Shown: positions 27,101-38,189 of the stretch, piece after piece
Layout of the letters: each line of letters begins with the position of its first letter
How positions within the stretch are numbered: position 1 is the first letter of the stretch
Source: Tubiluchus corallicola
Taxonomy: Eukaryota > Animalia > Priapulida
Assembly (NCBI GenBank): GCA_030141605.1
Contig: JAQGDQ010000056.1
Coordinates: forward strand, 496,001-560,000
Reading direction: 5' to 3'
DNA: 64,000 nt
Position numbers and translations under genes: made by a program
Notes under the pieces: model-generated
Database searches by the model: none
What the model saw: only the letters and a program-made list of their open reading frames with translations
Told to the model about the DNA's origin: nothing

Positions 27101-30100
27101 ATATTATATATTACAAATAGCACTACATAAAAAGGTTAACTTTTGCACTAACTACCAAACAGGATAGTCTATTTTAACGGTTGTCGTTTGCTAAGACATT
27201 TCAACAAGCATTGTTAATACATCTATTTTTGCAAAAAGAAAAAAGGCAAAAAATAAAAGTGGTGCACATTAGAATTTTGGGTCTCCAACATGCTAGATTC
27301 TTGGCCAAAGGAGTGACTTGTTTACATGTACTGCTGCTTACTTGTTTATAAAATCTAACTTCACTTTGCAAATTTTTGTAACCTGATTCAAAATTTTTCT
27401 CTCTCCATTCAATATGTTAATGGTCAAAAATATGACACAAGATACGGGAATGATGTAGACGTCAATAAATCAACAATAACCTCCTACGCAAATAGATGTC
27501 TGACTGTGTAAGTTTATATGCACTGAGTTTCTCCGGTGGCGGAGGTTCTAAATGTCTGGCCTGTTCTTCAGTTTTGGCCAATTTAGCATAGTCGGGTGCT
27601 TCTGTATATCTGTCCAGTGAGGTGGCTGGCAACAAAGTTTCTTGAAATTCGACTTTGCTTGAATCTGCAGTCCCGGATACTCTAAGCTCAGGTGGTACTA
27701 TGTGTTTAACAGACTCAACAGGTAAAATTGCAGGAAATAATGTTTCCTGGAAGACAACAGATTCATCTTCTTTAAAAAATATAAAAAATTTTATGCACTA
27801 AATAACAGCAACAATAATAAATTACGCTAAACACAAGCAGAAGATGATGTGGCTTTAATTTACAACTGTACTTAAGCAAAATATATTAAACATCTGAAAT
27901 TCCTGTTTTAGCAAGTGGAGAGATGGTAAAATTGCTGAAACTATAACCATAAGTCCTCAATGACACTAGCTTATATAAGCACAATTTGCATTCACTATAC
28001 AGTCAAAAATTTGCATTTACTACCATCACTGACAAAGGTCCTCAAGTTAGTCTCTTGACTAAAAGAGGAACCGTGAGATCAAAGACATGAACTATATTTG
28101 TAAAACAGTAAACAGAATATCTCTCAATTGCTTTTTTATATATGATGCCTAATTGGCTGCTTTATAAGAGTACATCTTTAATGACCTTGCACTCATTTGC
28201 CACTTATGTTGTTCGAACTACTCCTACTTTGAGAAAATTTACACGGTTTAATTAACCTAACTGCAAACTTTCAGAAGAAATGTTACCAAATGCACTCTTT
28301 TCCACAGCTCAAATGTTTTACTCCACCATGCCATAAATCCCACCTAAACACCACCTTCAGAAAACCTAAAGTGCCTTTAGAAATGAAAGTTCAATTTACC
28401 CGACCACCTTAAGCTCCAAACCTAAATATCGCAATCCACAACAATGCAGTATCAGTATGAATATCAATACAATTCAGATGTGTGATTTAGGTCTGTCTGT
28501 AAGAACAACAATATAAAAACAACAGAAACACAAACTGTGATGATGTGCATTGTGTAAATGTAAAAGTTTCACTACACTCATAAATATATAAAACATGGTG
28601 AAATTTGTTTATCCACAAGGACTTGAATCAACACTTTTGCATGATAACTGTGTCAGCTGTGAGTGCAGAGGAAAACACTCTAAATCAATTTAAGAACCTA
28701 TATCAGAAATGGATTAAGTTTCGTTCAATTTTGCAGCAATATGTCTACAACTGATTTTCTTTATTTTAATTTCAATAAATTTTGTGCAATGTCCAATCAT
28801 ATGATTTATCACATATTACGTAAAAAGTTAACCAAAAATCAAATCTTGGATGCCACATCTCCTGTCATCAGTTGTCTCTCATTCATCAATTCAACAGCTT
28901 ATTCATTATTGTGCTACCAACCATCCAGTTATCAATTCCTAGTGTCGAACCAATAGCGCACACACTTTTCACAAATGGTATATCAAAATACATTAACAAA
29001 ATTACTGACCTCTACATATGGTGGAGGAAGGCAAAGTTTGGGAGGTGCAGGGACACAGTACATGGTTGTAGCTGCAGTTGGTCCAGACAGTTCATTAGTG
29101 TTAAGATTTAATGTGGAAATTGGAAGTCCAACACGGTTCAAACGCCCCTAGAATAGATCATATGTCAGCTAAAAGTAAGCAGCCTTAGAAAACTAAGTAT
29201 CAACAGATATTTTAAACCCAATTAAACCACATTAGAGATGCTGTTACAGTGCTCAAAAATAGCAACACTTTTTGCATGACCTGCAAGTGTAACATTTAAC
29301 TTGTTTCTTTGCAAGCTGTTAACAATCCTGAATAACATAATTATGAACAATTTATGTACAGAAGTTCAGTGGGTCAGACTTACAGAATATAGAAATGGAG
29401 ATTTTACAGCTCCCGAAAAGCTGTCAACATGCCGCAGAAGATATTGCAAATGTTTTGGCAATTGTTCAACTGTCTCTGGAAGGGTACAGAAATGATGAAT
29501 TCTCTTTCTTTCCTTTGTGGAACTTGTGGCACTCTTGGGGTGAGATAATGCTCTTTTCGAATCACCAGTGCTTTCCGCAATTGCCTTGGCTCTAAGCTGC
29601 ATGTTTGAAGATTTTTTGAAAACATCTGGTTCTATTGTTGAAGAAACTAATTTCTCAGCTGGTTCAATTTTTACTGCAGTTTTTTGCAAACTTGTTGTTC
29701 TTAAAGCATGACAGTCATTAAACTCAGTTTCCTTTGCATTTATTTTAGTGACAGACAAATCTTCGTCAAATACAGGAGTAGTCGTCACCTGAAGCGAAGG
29801 CAAGATTGCGTGATTGCTAGAGTCATATCTGCTGACATTTTTCGTCATTACATTGGAGTCAGCCATTTTTTCTTCTTCAGTAGTTACATTGAATGCTTTT
29901 TCTTAAAAAAATGCAAACAAATAAAACTTATTAACCTATTAAAATTATTTAAAAGACTAAATGGAGACTAGTAGTAAATAAATCCTTTTGTATATGATGT
30001 TTTATGAATAATAACACACATTACATAAAAATATAATAGCGTAATTTAGAAATTATGGTTATTGAGTATTTAATTTTTTTTTGACAGGAATGAGTTGTAC

Positions 30101-31457
30101 GCCATACTAACATATCTTATTCCCACTTAATTATATGTATTCACATTCCTTACTAAACTTGTTAAATAATGTTATTTTGCTTGATTGATCTGTTTGTATA
30201 TTTGATGTGATTGCACCACGAGTACAAATTATGTGTGTGTGTGTGTGCGTGTGTGTGTGTGTGTGTGCATGGTACTTAGTGATTAAATTTCACATTTTGT
30301 GTAGAATGTTGGCTTGCAATGTTTTCCTTAGCTAATTTAATAAATTTCACAAAGTCCTATTAAGAAACATGGAGCATTTTGCATGACTAAATGTTACACA
30401 ATATACATTAAATTGCAGTTTACTGTACCAAAAAACTATTCAAGTTCAGTTTTTGCTGAAGTAAACATAATTTTATTGTATTCTGCCCCTTAAAAGCACT
30501 TTCATAATATATTACTAATAGTAATTTTCTACAAAAACCAGTGGAATGATAACTCAAACTTAAAGTGCAGAATACAATATACTAACAAGCAAAGTTTAAT
30601 AGCAAATAACAAAATTATTCCCTAAGAGACTGATGGCAAAAATGGCAGGTTATGCACAAACTGCCACACAGTTCCTGAAAAGGTACAGAGTTCAACAATG
30701 AATACAAATTATTGAGGAAGAAAAACAAACAATTGACAATAAAAATATATGCTCATAACAACAGTTTTTACCTAACTTATTTATAGTATAAGCAGAAAAG
30801 TAGTCGTCAGTAGAAGCTAAAGTTTCTGCCTAGCATAAAAGTGGGTGCAAAAACAAAGCACTATTATGTTAAAAGATCTCTTAGAAACACACTATTAAGC
30901 ATGATATGTTACATATGTTACGGTACGTCTTTCAGTGTTTCTACTGTGAATGCGTTGTGTATGAAAAAGCATATGCGTTTAGATGGCATTAGCTTTCACA
31001 CAGTCAAAAGTTACAAATGAAGAGGTTATAATAAAAAAAATTAAACTCTGGTACCTTGGAAGCTAACACATTCAGTGAATGCCATTGCTTCATCAACAAG
31101 TTCTTCTATAGTTTTCACACACTAAAAATAAACAATAGTTATACACATTTTGTGATGGAAAATTCGGTAGTTTTTTTTCTATACTTCTAATGCATGATCG
31201 TTTTTATGCATAAAAGTGTTTCTAAAATCTGAACTTTAATTTGAACGAAAAATCACAAATAATGCCATGAATCAGCAGTAAAATGTGGTCTACAAATGAC
31301 ATTCTTCAGATCGTAAGCTTAAGCTAAATAATAAAACTGCTTACAACTGACATTTAAAACACGTGGAAACAGTGGCTGGCTGGATGGTGCAGATCTGGAA
31401 TGCACGGAATTAATATGCACCTGATTCATGTAGTTTATATTTTGTCATGCATTTCAT

Positions 31458-31491
<34 letters not shown>

Positions 31492-33584
31492 GTATATTTC
31501 AAAGTGGCCAGTGGCCACATTAGTAAATGAAAAACCTTTTCGCAAACATTTTGCCTTAGCCAAGTGTTGCTAGGAGGTTTGTACTGATTGGCTTCCATTT
31601 GTCTATCTAATATTTCAAAATACCAAAAACATAAGAGGGATTTTAGTTAAATTAATTGGAGGGAAGCCCGTGTAACTAAAACTTTTTGATGATTGATTAA
31701 AAAAACAAATAGTTAACTACAACTTTTCTATGACAGAAATTATGTGAAACAGTAGGTCTACAAGGCATCTCAAAAAGTTGTGGATGGATTTTAGAGAGGA
31801 CATCATAAAGACAGGAAGTGGACTACACGAGAATTGATTAGATTAAAAAAATCTGCCATTTGTACCATAGGTTATAGAAAAAACCCAATAATGAGTGAAA
31901 GCATGATTGTCATTATCAGAATGACGCCAAAACAATTAACAATGTATTAACTTAATGGAGAAAACAATCAATAACTGTGTAATGAAAAGGTGCATTTTAT
32001 AACGTGCCCTTCTAGTTAATCCCGATTTTGTCAGAATCCTGACACATCTGTGGTTCTATATCTATGTCTTTGGGAACCCAGTTCTTTGCTACAAATAAGA
32101 GCACTTTTTCAAAAACTGTTCAAAATCATTGCCTAACGTTTGAGTCAGGCACTACTATCGTGGGAGAATGCATGCACAACACCTATCATATGACGAATTG
32201 GATCCTTACAGAATGCAGCACCTTACAGAAGTACCCTTAGGTTACACTCGGATAGTTTTCAGGCATTTTATCTTCGTGTAGTTCACATAAACTTGCACAT
32301 TCCACATAGCTTCACAGGTAGATAATTATTTCTTGTTCTAACATATAAAATGTAGTTACAAATTAAGTTGGTTGCACACAAAGCGAAGAAAGCTGCCGAG
32401 GTCTTGCAAAATAAAAGTATATAGAAATGAGTTCAAATGGTGACCTTGCAGTCCAAAATTTAACATTATATCACGAAATTCATGCAAAAATATTTCCTTT
32501 TCAGGTATTTTCTCTTAATAAAACTGTAACAAAAGTCTTGGGTTTTGTAATTGTAGGCCACCGTCTCATAGATTTGACTACAATGTAAATTCAGTTCAAT
32601 TTATTTTGTTACCTTTATGCTTTCTGGACGATAAGAACTTGGTAGTTTTTGAGTTTCATCATCGCCAGGCTGCTTGTCTGGAACTTCATCTGTTGTCGTG
32701 TCTGACTCCTTTTTTCCTGAATAAAAAAATCAATACTTTAAATCAGAGGTTTAAGTCAGGGGTGTGCAAATTATCTGACTAGCCGGGCCACATTAAACTT
32801 TCTTGCAATTCCTGCGGGCCACAGGCAGTTTGTCAAGGAGCCAAGTACAGAAAAGCCTAATCAGGATTTTTTTGCATCCGACCTGCGTACATCATTACTA
32901 CTACACTCAAGAAACTATTTTAGAAGTTATTAAAATTTATATTACAAACCATATATTTCTACTTTCAGGACACATAGTGGTAATTTCATTACAATGCATA
33001 TCAGTAATGTGTATCACACAGTATGTGTACTGCAGTGACATTAAGCTACATCCGTCTTAATGGCAGCCGATCTAGTAGAAAAAACTACCCACCCTATCTT
33101 TGGGATCGTGGCACGGACTTCAACTGGATACACTCAATTAATCGCCCGGGCCGCACTTTCATTAGGTTGACAAATCTCTTCGTGGGCCGCAAAAATTCTC
33201 TCGGCGGGCCGCAATTTGCACACCCCTGGTTAAGAGTTGAAACACAGGCTCATACAGCAAGTTGGAGTTGGGTCTTCTAAAATTCTAGGCGTGGGACTCG
33301 GAGTCAGGAGTTTCATGTAGTGACTCCAAAGCCCTCACCCAACTTTTAAAAATTCTCTTTATTTTACTTATCTAAACAATATCTAAACAAAATAGATTTT
33401 AAGAAGAGTTCTCATCTTTTGCAGAAAAAAGTACTTCAAAACTAGTGTGCTGCACATCAGCTAGATTACCTGTAAGTTTTTGAGCACGAGGTTTGCTCTT
33501 CCTTTCATGAAGTTTCACTTTTTGCAAGGTACCAAGAGAACTCAGAATGGCAGGCTTTGTTGATTTCAGCACATTTTCAGCCAT
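12149..33584 (-). CDS. TTC6: Gene C: tetratricopeptide repeat protein 6-like, 3'-partial (about 1084 aa visible). Exons: 33584-33470, 32716-32613, 31121-31055, 29901-29384, 29147-29010, 27746-27481, 26534-25847, 24319-24255, 22832-22692, 20755-20554, 18897-18761, 17872-17714, 17002-16882, 15650-15544, 13589-13392, 12916-12803, 12262-12149
   Basis: 17 phase-compatible GT-AG exons join in one open frame (3254 nt). A low-complexity charged N-terminal region is followed by TPRs resembling vertebrate TTC6 as I remember it: YLCRRGAIYFRLKLYTMALKDIERAISLEPKLIDAYW, ALEDYSIVIHIEPNHSQAFYQRGCLLR, KALQDLSVSLLLDSSITNYMAFFHRALMY. The N-terminal exons are less certain than the TPR exons. Confidence 0.8.
14113..15084. 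mobile_element. Putative non-autonomous DNA transposon with degenerate ~25-bp TIRs and internal (AAACT)n
   Basis: Left CGCAGCGGCATTTGGGACAACAGCT versus right AGCTAAATGTCCCAAATGTACCTGCG (imperfect inverted); aaact runs near 14160 and 14840-14863. Confidence 0.45.
17890..18631. mobile_element. Tc1/mariner-pogo (Tigger-like) MITE, copy 1; right TIR degenerate
   Basis: Starts TA|CAGTAAGTACTCGCTTAAC, ends TTGTTAAGTGAGGA; colinear with 25078-25808 (shared blocks acgctgaacatttgacatc, tgtatcaagcgagatt, caaccagactaagtatc, taaaactcatg). Confidence 0.7.
19398..20483. mobile_element. Putative PIF/Harbinger-like MITE bounded by GCACGTAGCCAGG / CCTGGCTACATGC
   Basis: 12/13 inverted match of the termini, G-rich after the left end and C-rich before the right end. 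The interior looks composite. Confidence 0.45.
19495..19650 (+). mobile_element. BEL/Pao LTR-retrotransposon integrase relic
   Basis: Reads WDPLKVPHFGGVFQSLIKTAKRAILAVLSNAEVDDTVLHTTII*AESLN, matching the BEL/Pao integrase motif W.F.PP.APHFGG.FE.LI...KRAI..IL....D..L.T....E..LN; in-frame stop. Confidence 0.75.
21860..22255 (+). mobile_element. Possible 3' end of a CR1/L2-type LINE
   Basis: T-rich UTR-like tract, stem-loop gggcaggag...ctccttgccc (22120-22158), AATAAA, then a (GTCTAT)n-like tail. Confidence 0.4.
25078..25808. mobile_element. Tc1/mariner-pogo (Tigger-like) MITE, copy 2
   Basis: TA|CATTAAGTCCTCCTTTGACG ... CGTTAAGCAAGGACTCACTG|TA, with TA target duplication; homologous to 17890-18631. 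Confidence 0.75.
30232..30268. repeat. (TG)n microsatellite
   Basis: Direct reading. Confidence 0.9.
31457..31497. repeat. Compound (CA)n(TA)n microsatellite
   Basis: Direct reading. Confidence 0.9.
32757..33228. mobile_element. hAT (Charlie-like) MITE
   Basis: Perfect 16-bp TIRs CAGGGGTGTGCAAATT / AATTTGCACACCCCTG; subterminal GGGCC(G/A)CA motifs; flanks gtttaagt / gttaagag look like a degenerate 8-bp TSD. Confidence 0.8.
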
Positions 33585-34369
33585 TATGATCAAGATAAAA
33601 GTAGCTTGTGGTCAACTATACATCTAGCTAGACAAAACCAGCATTTTATTTTGCCTTTAATGTGTCCTTTGATAAGAAAGTTAAAACGTTTTTATTATGC
33701 TAAAAAATTACCAGTATCCTGTTACAGTGGAGATAGAGCGTATAAATTTTCATATATGGTCTCTCTCTATATATCAGTTTATAAATGTATTATACTATAG
33801 CAAGGACTTTAAACCGAGCTTAATATAGAAGGAAACAATCATCATGTATTCATAGTAACAATGAGTTATATATACTCATTAAACTACAATTCTTAAAAAA
33901 GTGAATATTATGACATGTATCCACTGCAGCATTAGTACAATTAACAATTTAAAGATTTATATAGCAAAATATAGGAACTATGAAACACTGTAGAATGCAG
34001 AGTTGTACAAATAGTGTCAAAGGCAAAAATAAAATGCATGTATAATTTCAATGAAATTCAAAAACTTTCAGTTTCCCTCAAAAAAGAAAAAAAATTATTG
34101 CTATTGTATAAGGTTCAAAACCTCCCCAAGTTTTTCAGAAGGAGGGATAGTTCCCATAACATTTATCGCAGAATAATGGATAAAGCTTGAAACAAAGACT
34201 TGTCGAGAAACATTAATTATTGTAATGTCTTTGCTGTCCTCCAAAACCGTTCTATTTTGTCCAGTTCCAATCTCACTTGCAGATGAGCCACCATCTGAAG
34301 TTTTCAGGTTGTAATTTCAAATTACTAATTTTTCTTTTTTTCAAAGTCTCATTCCACCCGTTGTAGGCA

Positions 34370-34810
34370 TTGAGGTATCAACATTTATCAGAGTATTCCA
34401 CCCACTTCTCTCTGCAGCTAACAGCGTAAGTTCTTCTACTCCTAAAGATAGATTTGGTTGAAGTTGCTGAACATCTTTATTTATCTTAGCTATCCAAGTT
34501 GTTTTAGGTTTGCCAGGTGGCTTTTTGCAAGGTTTTAAGGCTTTCTTTAAGGCGATTCTTATAGGTAATCATTTGGTAATTTAGTCCTAGCCATCTTAAT
34601 CTTCGGACCTTGACTTTTGAACACCGAGAAATTTCTTTCGTTCTGGCATTCATTTTTGATTATGTACGGCATCTTACCTTTAAAACTTTAAAAGAAGACT
34701 TCTAAGAAATGTGTCAATCTGAGTAATTGTTAAACCGAATTTTCGTTGTTGTACATAATTATACTGGTAATTTAAGTATTAAATAATCGAAGTCTTACGT
34801 TAAAACGTAA
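34370..34810 (-). mobile_element. RTE-like non-LTR retrotransposon relic (C-terminus of RT ORF)
   Basis: Minus-strand translation with frameshifts and stops: VRLRLFNT*ITSIIMYN ... IDTFLRSLL ... RRLRWLG ... IRIALKKALKPCKKPPGKPKTTWIAKINKD ... LAAERSGWNTL, typical of RTE-clade ORF ends. Confidence 0.75.
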
Positions 34811-35336
34811 TTTCTTGCTAGTTAATACATTTTTGTGCTGAAGAAAAGCAAGCATTGCTTGTTGCTTTCTAATTTTACTAATGGCAATGCTTTACGTGGT
34901 TATAATACTTATTACAATTAATTAGTTATAGAAAAGCTGAAAACAGGTAAACAAAGTAAAACTAAAACAGTAAAAGTAAAACTTGTAAAAGGTAAGGTAA
35001 CAACAATGCAAGTCACATCATCAATAAGAAAAATGCTACTAGTAAATTAAAAAAATCGAAACAGAGGAAAAACGGTTTTACTTTTGTTTTAGTAAATAGT
35101 TTATTTAAATATTTTAGTATCCTATGGTTTACTTCGCAATATCACAGTGAGCCGTCGGCAGCTAAAACTATTTGATTATGCTCAGCAGTTCTGCTACCTT
35201 TATTTGTTCGGCAAAAAGTTGAAAACTACAAACATTAATTTTATTTCGACTTCAGTCTTTTTACGTGCGTATCCCTCCATATTATGGTCCCTGCCGTTAA
35301 TTTATCATTGCAGCTTGTTGGAATCCAAATTGATGT

Positions 35337-35750
35337 TAGGGGTGAGCATCGAACGTTCGAGCTCGAACATTCGAATCGAATTCGATTCGAACGAGTTTTT
35401 TTAGTTCGAAATCCAAAACTATAGATTCGAATAATTCAGCACTTATCACATATGTTCCTGATCATTAAAACGATTGAAACATCATGCAATTAACATAATT
35501 TAGTTGTTATTTCTGTGCACAACTGCAAGCAAATTACTAGTCGTTTTATTGCAGAACAAAATCTAGTGATATGCATGATCTTTGTAAGACTAATTTTTAC
35601 TGGTGGTTCGAAAACTAGTTCGAAAATCGTTCAATCTCAATTCGAATTCGGTTCGAATTCGAAACACTGAAGTTCGGTTCGATGCAAATTCGAAAATCAC
35701 AAATTCGGTTCGATTCGAATTCGCTTTCTGGTAGAGAATGCTCACCCCTA
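35337..35750. mobile_element. hAT (Ac-like) MITE with intact TSD
   Basis: TIRs TAGGGGTGAGCAT / ATGCTCACCCCTA, perfect 8-bp TSD ATTGATGT (35329-35336 and 35751-35758), dense TTCGA/TCGAA subterminal repeats. Confidence 0.9.
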
Positions 35751-36318
35751 ATTGATGTTAGCAACTGGTGTAAAGGACGTTAGCAAGTAATTTACTAAAG
35801 CACATTATAAATACACTTAAAACAAAATTGCAGTAAAAGGCCTGTTGTGTTTAGCTGATGTTCGACATGTCAGACTTTTTTCAACTTCGATGCGCTTGCT
35901 TGATTTGTTGACGATGTGCAAACCACATGTTTGTATGCATTTTTGATTTGAATTTAAGTCCGTACGGTACCGCACTTGCTTAGAATTGGGCAGAATACCG
36001 AATTGGATAGAATTCTACCACTTATTGTGTACAATAGATCTAGTAGTAACAGGTATTCAATTGCAGTAATTGTTTAAGTTATTCAATTCAATCGATTTTA
36101 TTTCCTCGACATATGATTCACATTATAGAAGTATAATATTTCAATAATAATTGAGCTGGAGCAGCGAAAAACCGATTGGTCACTAATTCAGCTGCTCCTT
36201 TTTTAACAACAGAATTTTTTGATAGGCACAAATGAAAAAGCAAATAAAAATATCAATGCGTAAATATCTTATATCTAACAATCCAAAGGCAAAATAAAAG
36301 GCGAGTGAAAATCATAAA

Positions 36319-36435
36319 TCAGTTCAAGGCAAAGCAAAACAAAAAGCAAGCAAGAAATCAGCTCAAAGCAAATGCAAACAAAAAGCAAGCAAAGAATCAG
36401 CTCAAAGCTAAGTAAAACAAAAGGCAAACAAAAAA
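36319..36435. repeat. 39-bp tandem repeat x3
   Basis: Units tcagytcaargc...acaaaargcaarcaa start at 36319, 36358 and 36397. Confidence 0.75.
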
Positions 36436-36629
36436 TAAAAATATCAACTCGTAAGTTAGCAATGTGGGCAGATTCACTGAGCTTGCATTCTTGTGCTTAC
36501 GATGGAATTCATAAAGATTTCGTAAGTTAAATTGTAGGTAAGTCCTTAAATTGTTTGTAACTTTATGAAAGCAAAAAATTGCATGTGTTGCTGCTATGCA
36601 CTATACAAACATGTGAAAAAATTCAGTGC

Positions 36630-36985
36630 ACACAGTCAAGAGATCGCCTTGATATTTTTCGTGAAAATGATGATATGATAATTAATACATACTGGTTGCC
36701 AAGATATATACTCATTCAGCTTTACAATATATTAGAACCTCACTTAGAGCCAAAAAGAAGTTTTGCGGTAGCTGTAATATTACCGCTGGGGAATGACCTT
36801 AAATATTCTTGCTAGTGGAATATTTTAGAGGCATATCCGAAATCTTCATGGGGTCAGCCAGACACTAGTGAGCCATTTGTGTCAAAAGTGTTTACAACAC
36901 TCTTGTGCGAGCAACAAATATAAAAATGCTACATGCACAGTACCTTCCCATGCATATGTAGGATTTTTTGAGGTTGCAAAATCGT
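36630..36985 (+). pseudogene. PIF/Harbinger transposase (HARBI1-like) relic
   Basis: RDRLDIFRENDDMIINTYWLPRYILIQLYNILEPHLEPKRSFAV, then after a frameshift TLNILASGIF*RHIRNLHGVSQTLVS ... GFFEVAK; matches the Harbinger transposase N-terminal HTH motif (L..LA.G.FQ...GD.HGVSQ.TVS). Confidence 0.65.
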
Positions 36986-38189
36986 CGTTTTGTTTATTTT
37001 TAATAGTTATCGCCAAAACATCCCACTGTTTTTTTACTTTAAAATACATATTTTACTTCTTGTTATTGGTCATTAAAATAGTAACTTCATTCAGCAACTT
37101 AATTAGTCTCAGTAATCTATGATGCTATATTGTACTTCTTAGCGATTACATGGTGTGTCTGCCTTCATGTGAAAGGCTTCTATATAGGTTTTCCATAAAC
37201 TTGTTAGTTGATCAATTAGTACTGTTTAATGATTATAGCTGATTGCACATATGTACTCACTCAAGTGTTTTTTGTACAAATAAATATAGTTTAAACCAAG
37301 CATACCAATACAAAAAAGTTACTTCCTTAATATTGTGGAGAATTTCTACATACAAGAACTTATATTCGCAATAAATCTATGTGCTTGTTCCTATGTCAGC
37401 TCAAAAGCAAAACAAGTTGAAAACTCGGGTATCTGAACCAAACGATTGAATTCATTCATGCTGTATGTCATTATATTATTTCTCTCCCACTTTTGTTTGA
37501 TCAGTTCAAAGTTTTTATCTTTGTATAAGCTCTGTCATAATGGACCAAGCTTTTGCAATATATATATATATAATATATATTATTATTATTAAAGCTTGAT
37601 TTCAAGAAAGGACATCATGAGTGCTAGACTACAAGTGTCTTTTTGGTCCATGGTTCAAATCCACACTGTGTTCTAAGGTTTCCACGTTAGCATCTTTTGT
37701 GGAAGCTTTGATTCAAAAATTCAATTATTGTGGGTTAGTTACATCATTAATTAAAAATCTTGAACAATAAATTATAAGAATAAAAGCACTGAGTGACTTT
37801 CAATAACTTGTTACCATTAAATGGTCAGAATTTGTTTGCTCTTTTTTGCACAGCCAAACTACAGCTAGGTTTTCATGAAATTTTGCTATTAGGTTTGTTA
37901 GCTATGTTAGGATTTCAGTGACTGTATCCATGCTTCTAGGATCAGAAGAAGCTGTGAATTTCAGCCAGAGGATGCAGTGTAACTTATACTGTGGATGCTG
38001 GTTGAATTTCACCTCAATTGAAGGAAATCGTTTACAAAGTAAAGTTAAAAAATATTTAAAACAGTGTGATACTTAAATAGACAAAGATACCCTAATAGAT
38101 ACTGTATATACTTACAATAATCAAATTACTTTTATAAAAATTTTAGGCAACGTTTAAGGAAGATAGTCAGTAAGTCCATGTTCATCACA

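Noticed and set aside
27747-27769. Longer TTC6 exon using the acceptor at 27770
   Set aside because: It is phase 1 and does not fit the phase-0 donor at 29009; the acceptor at 27747 fits.
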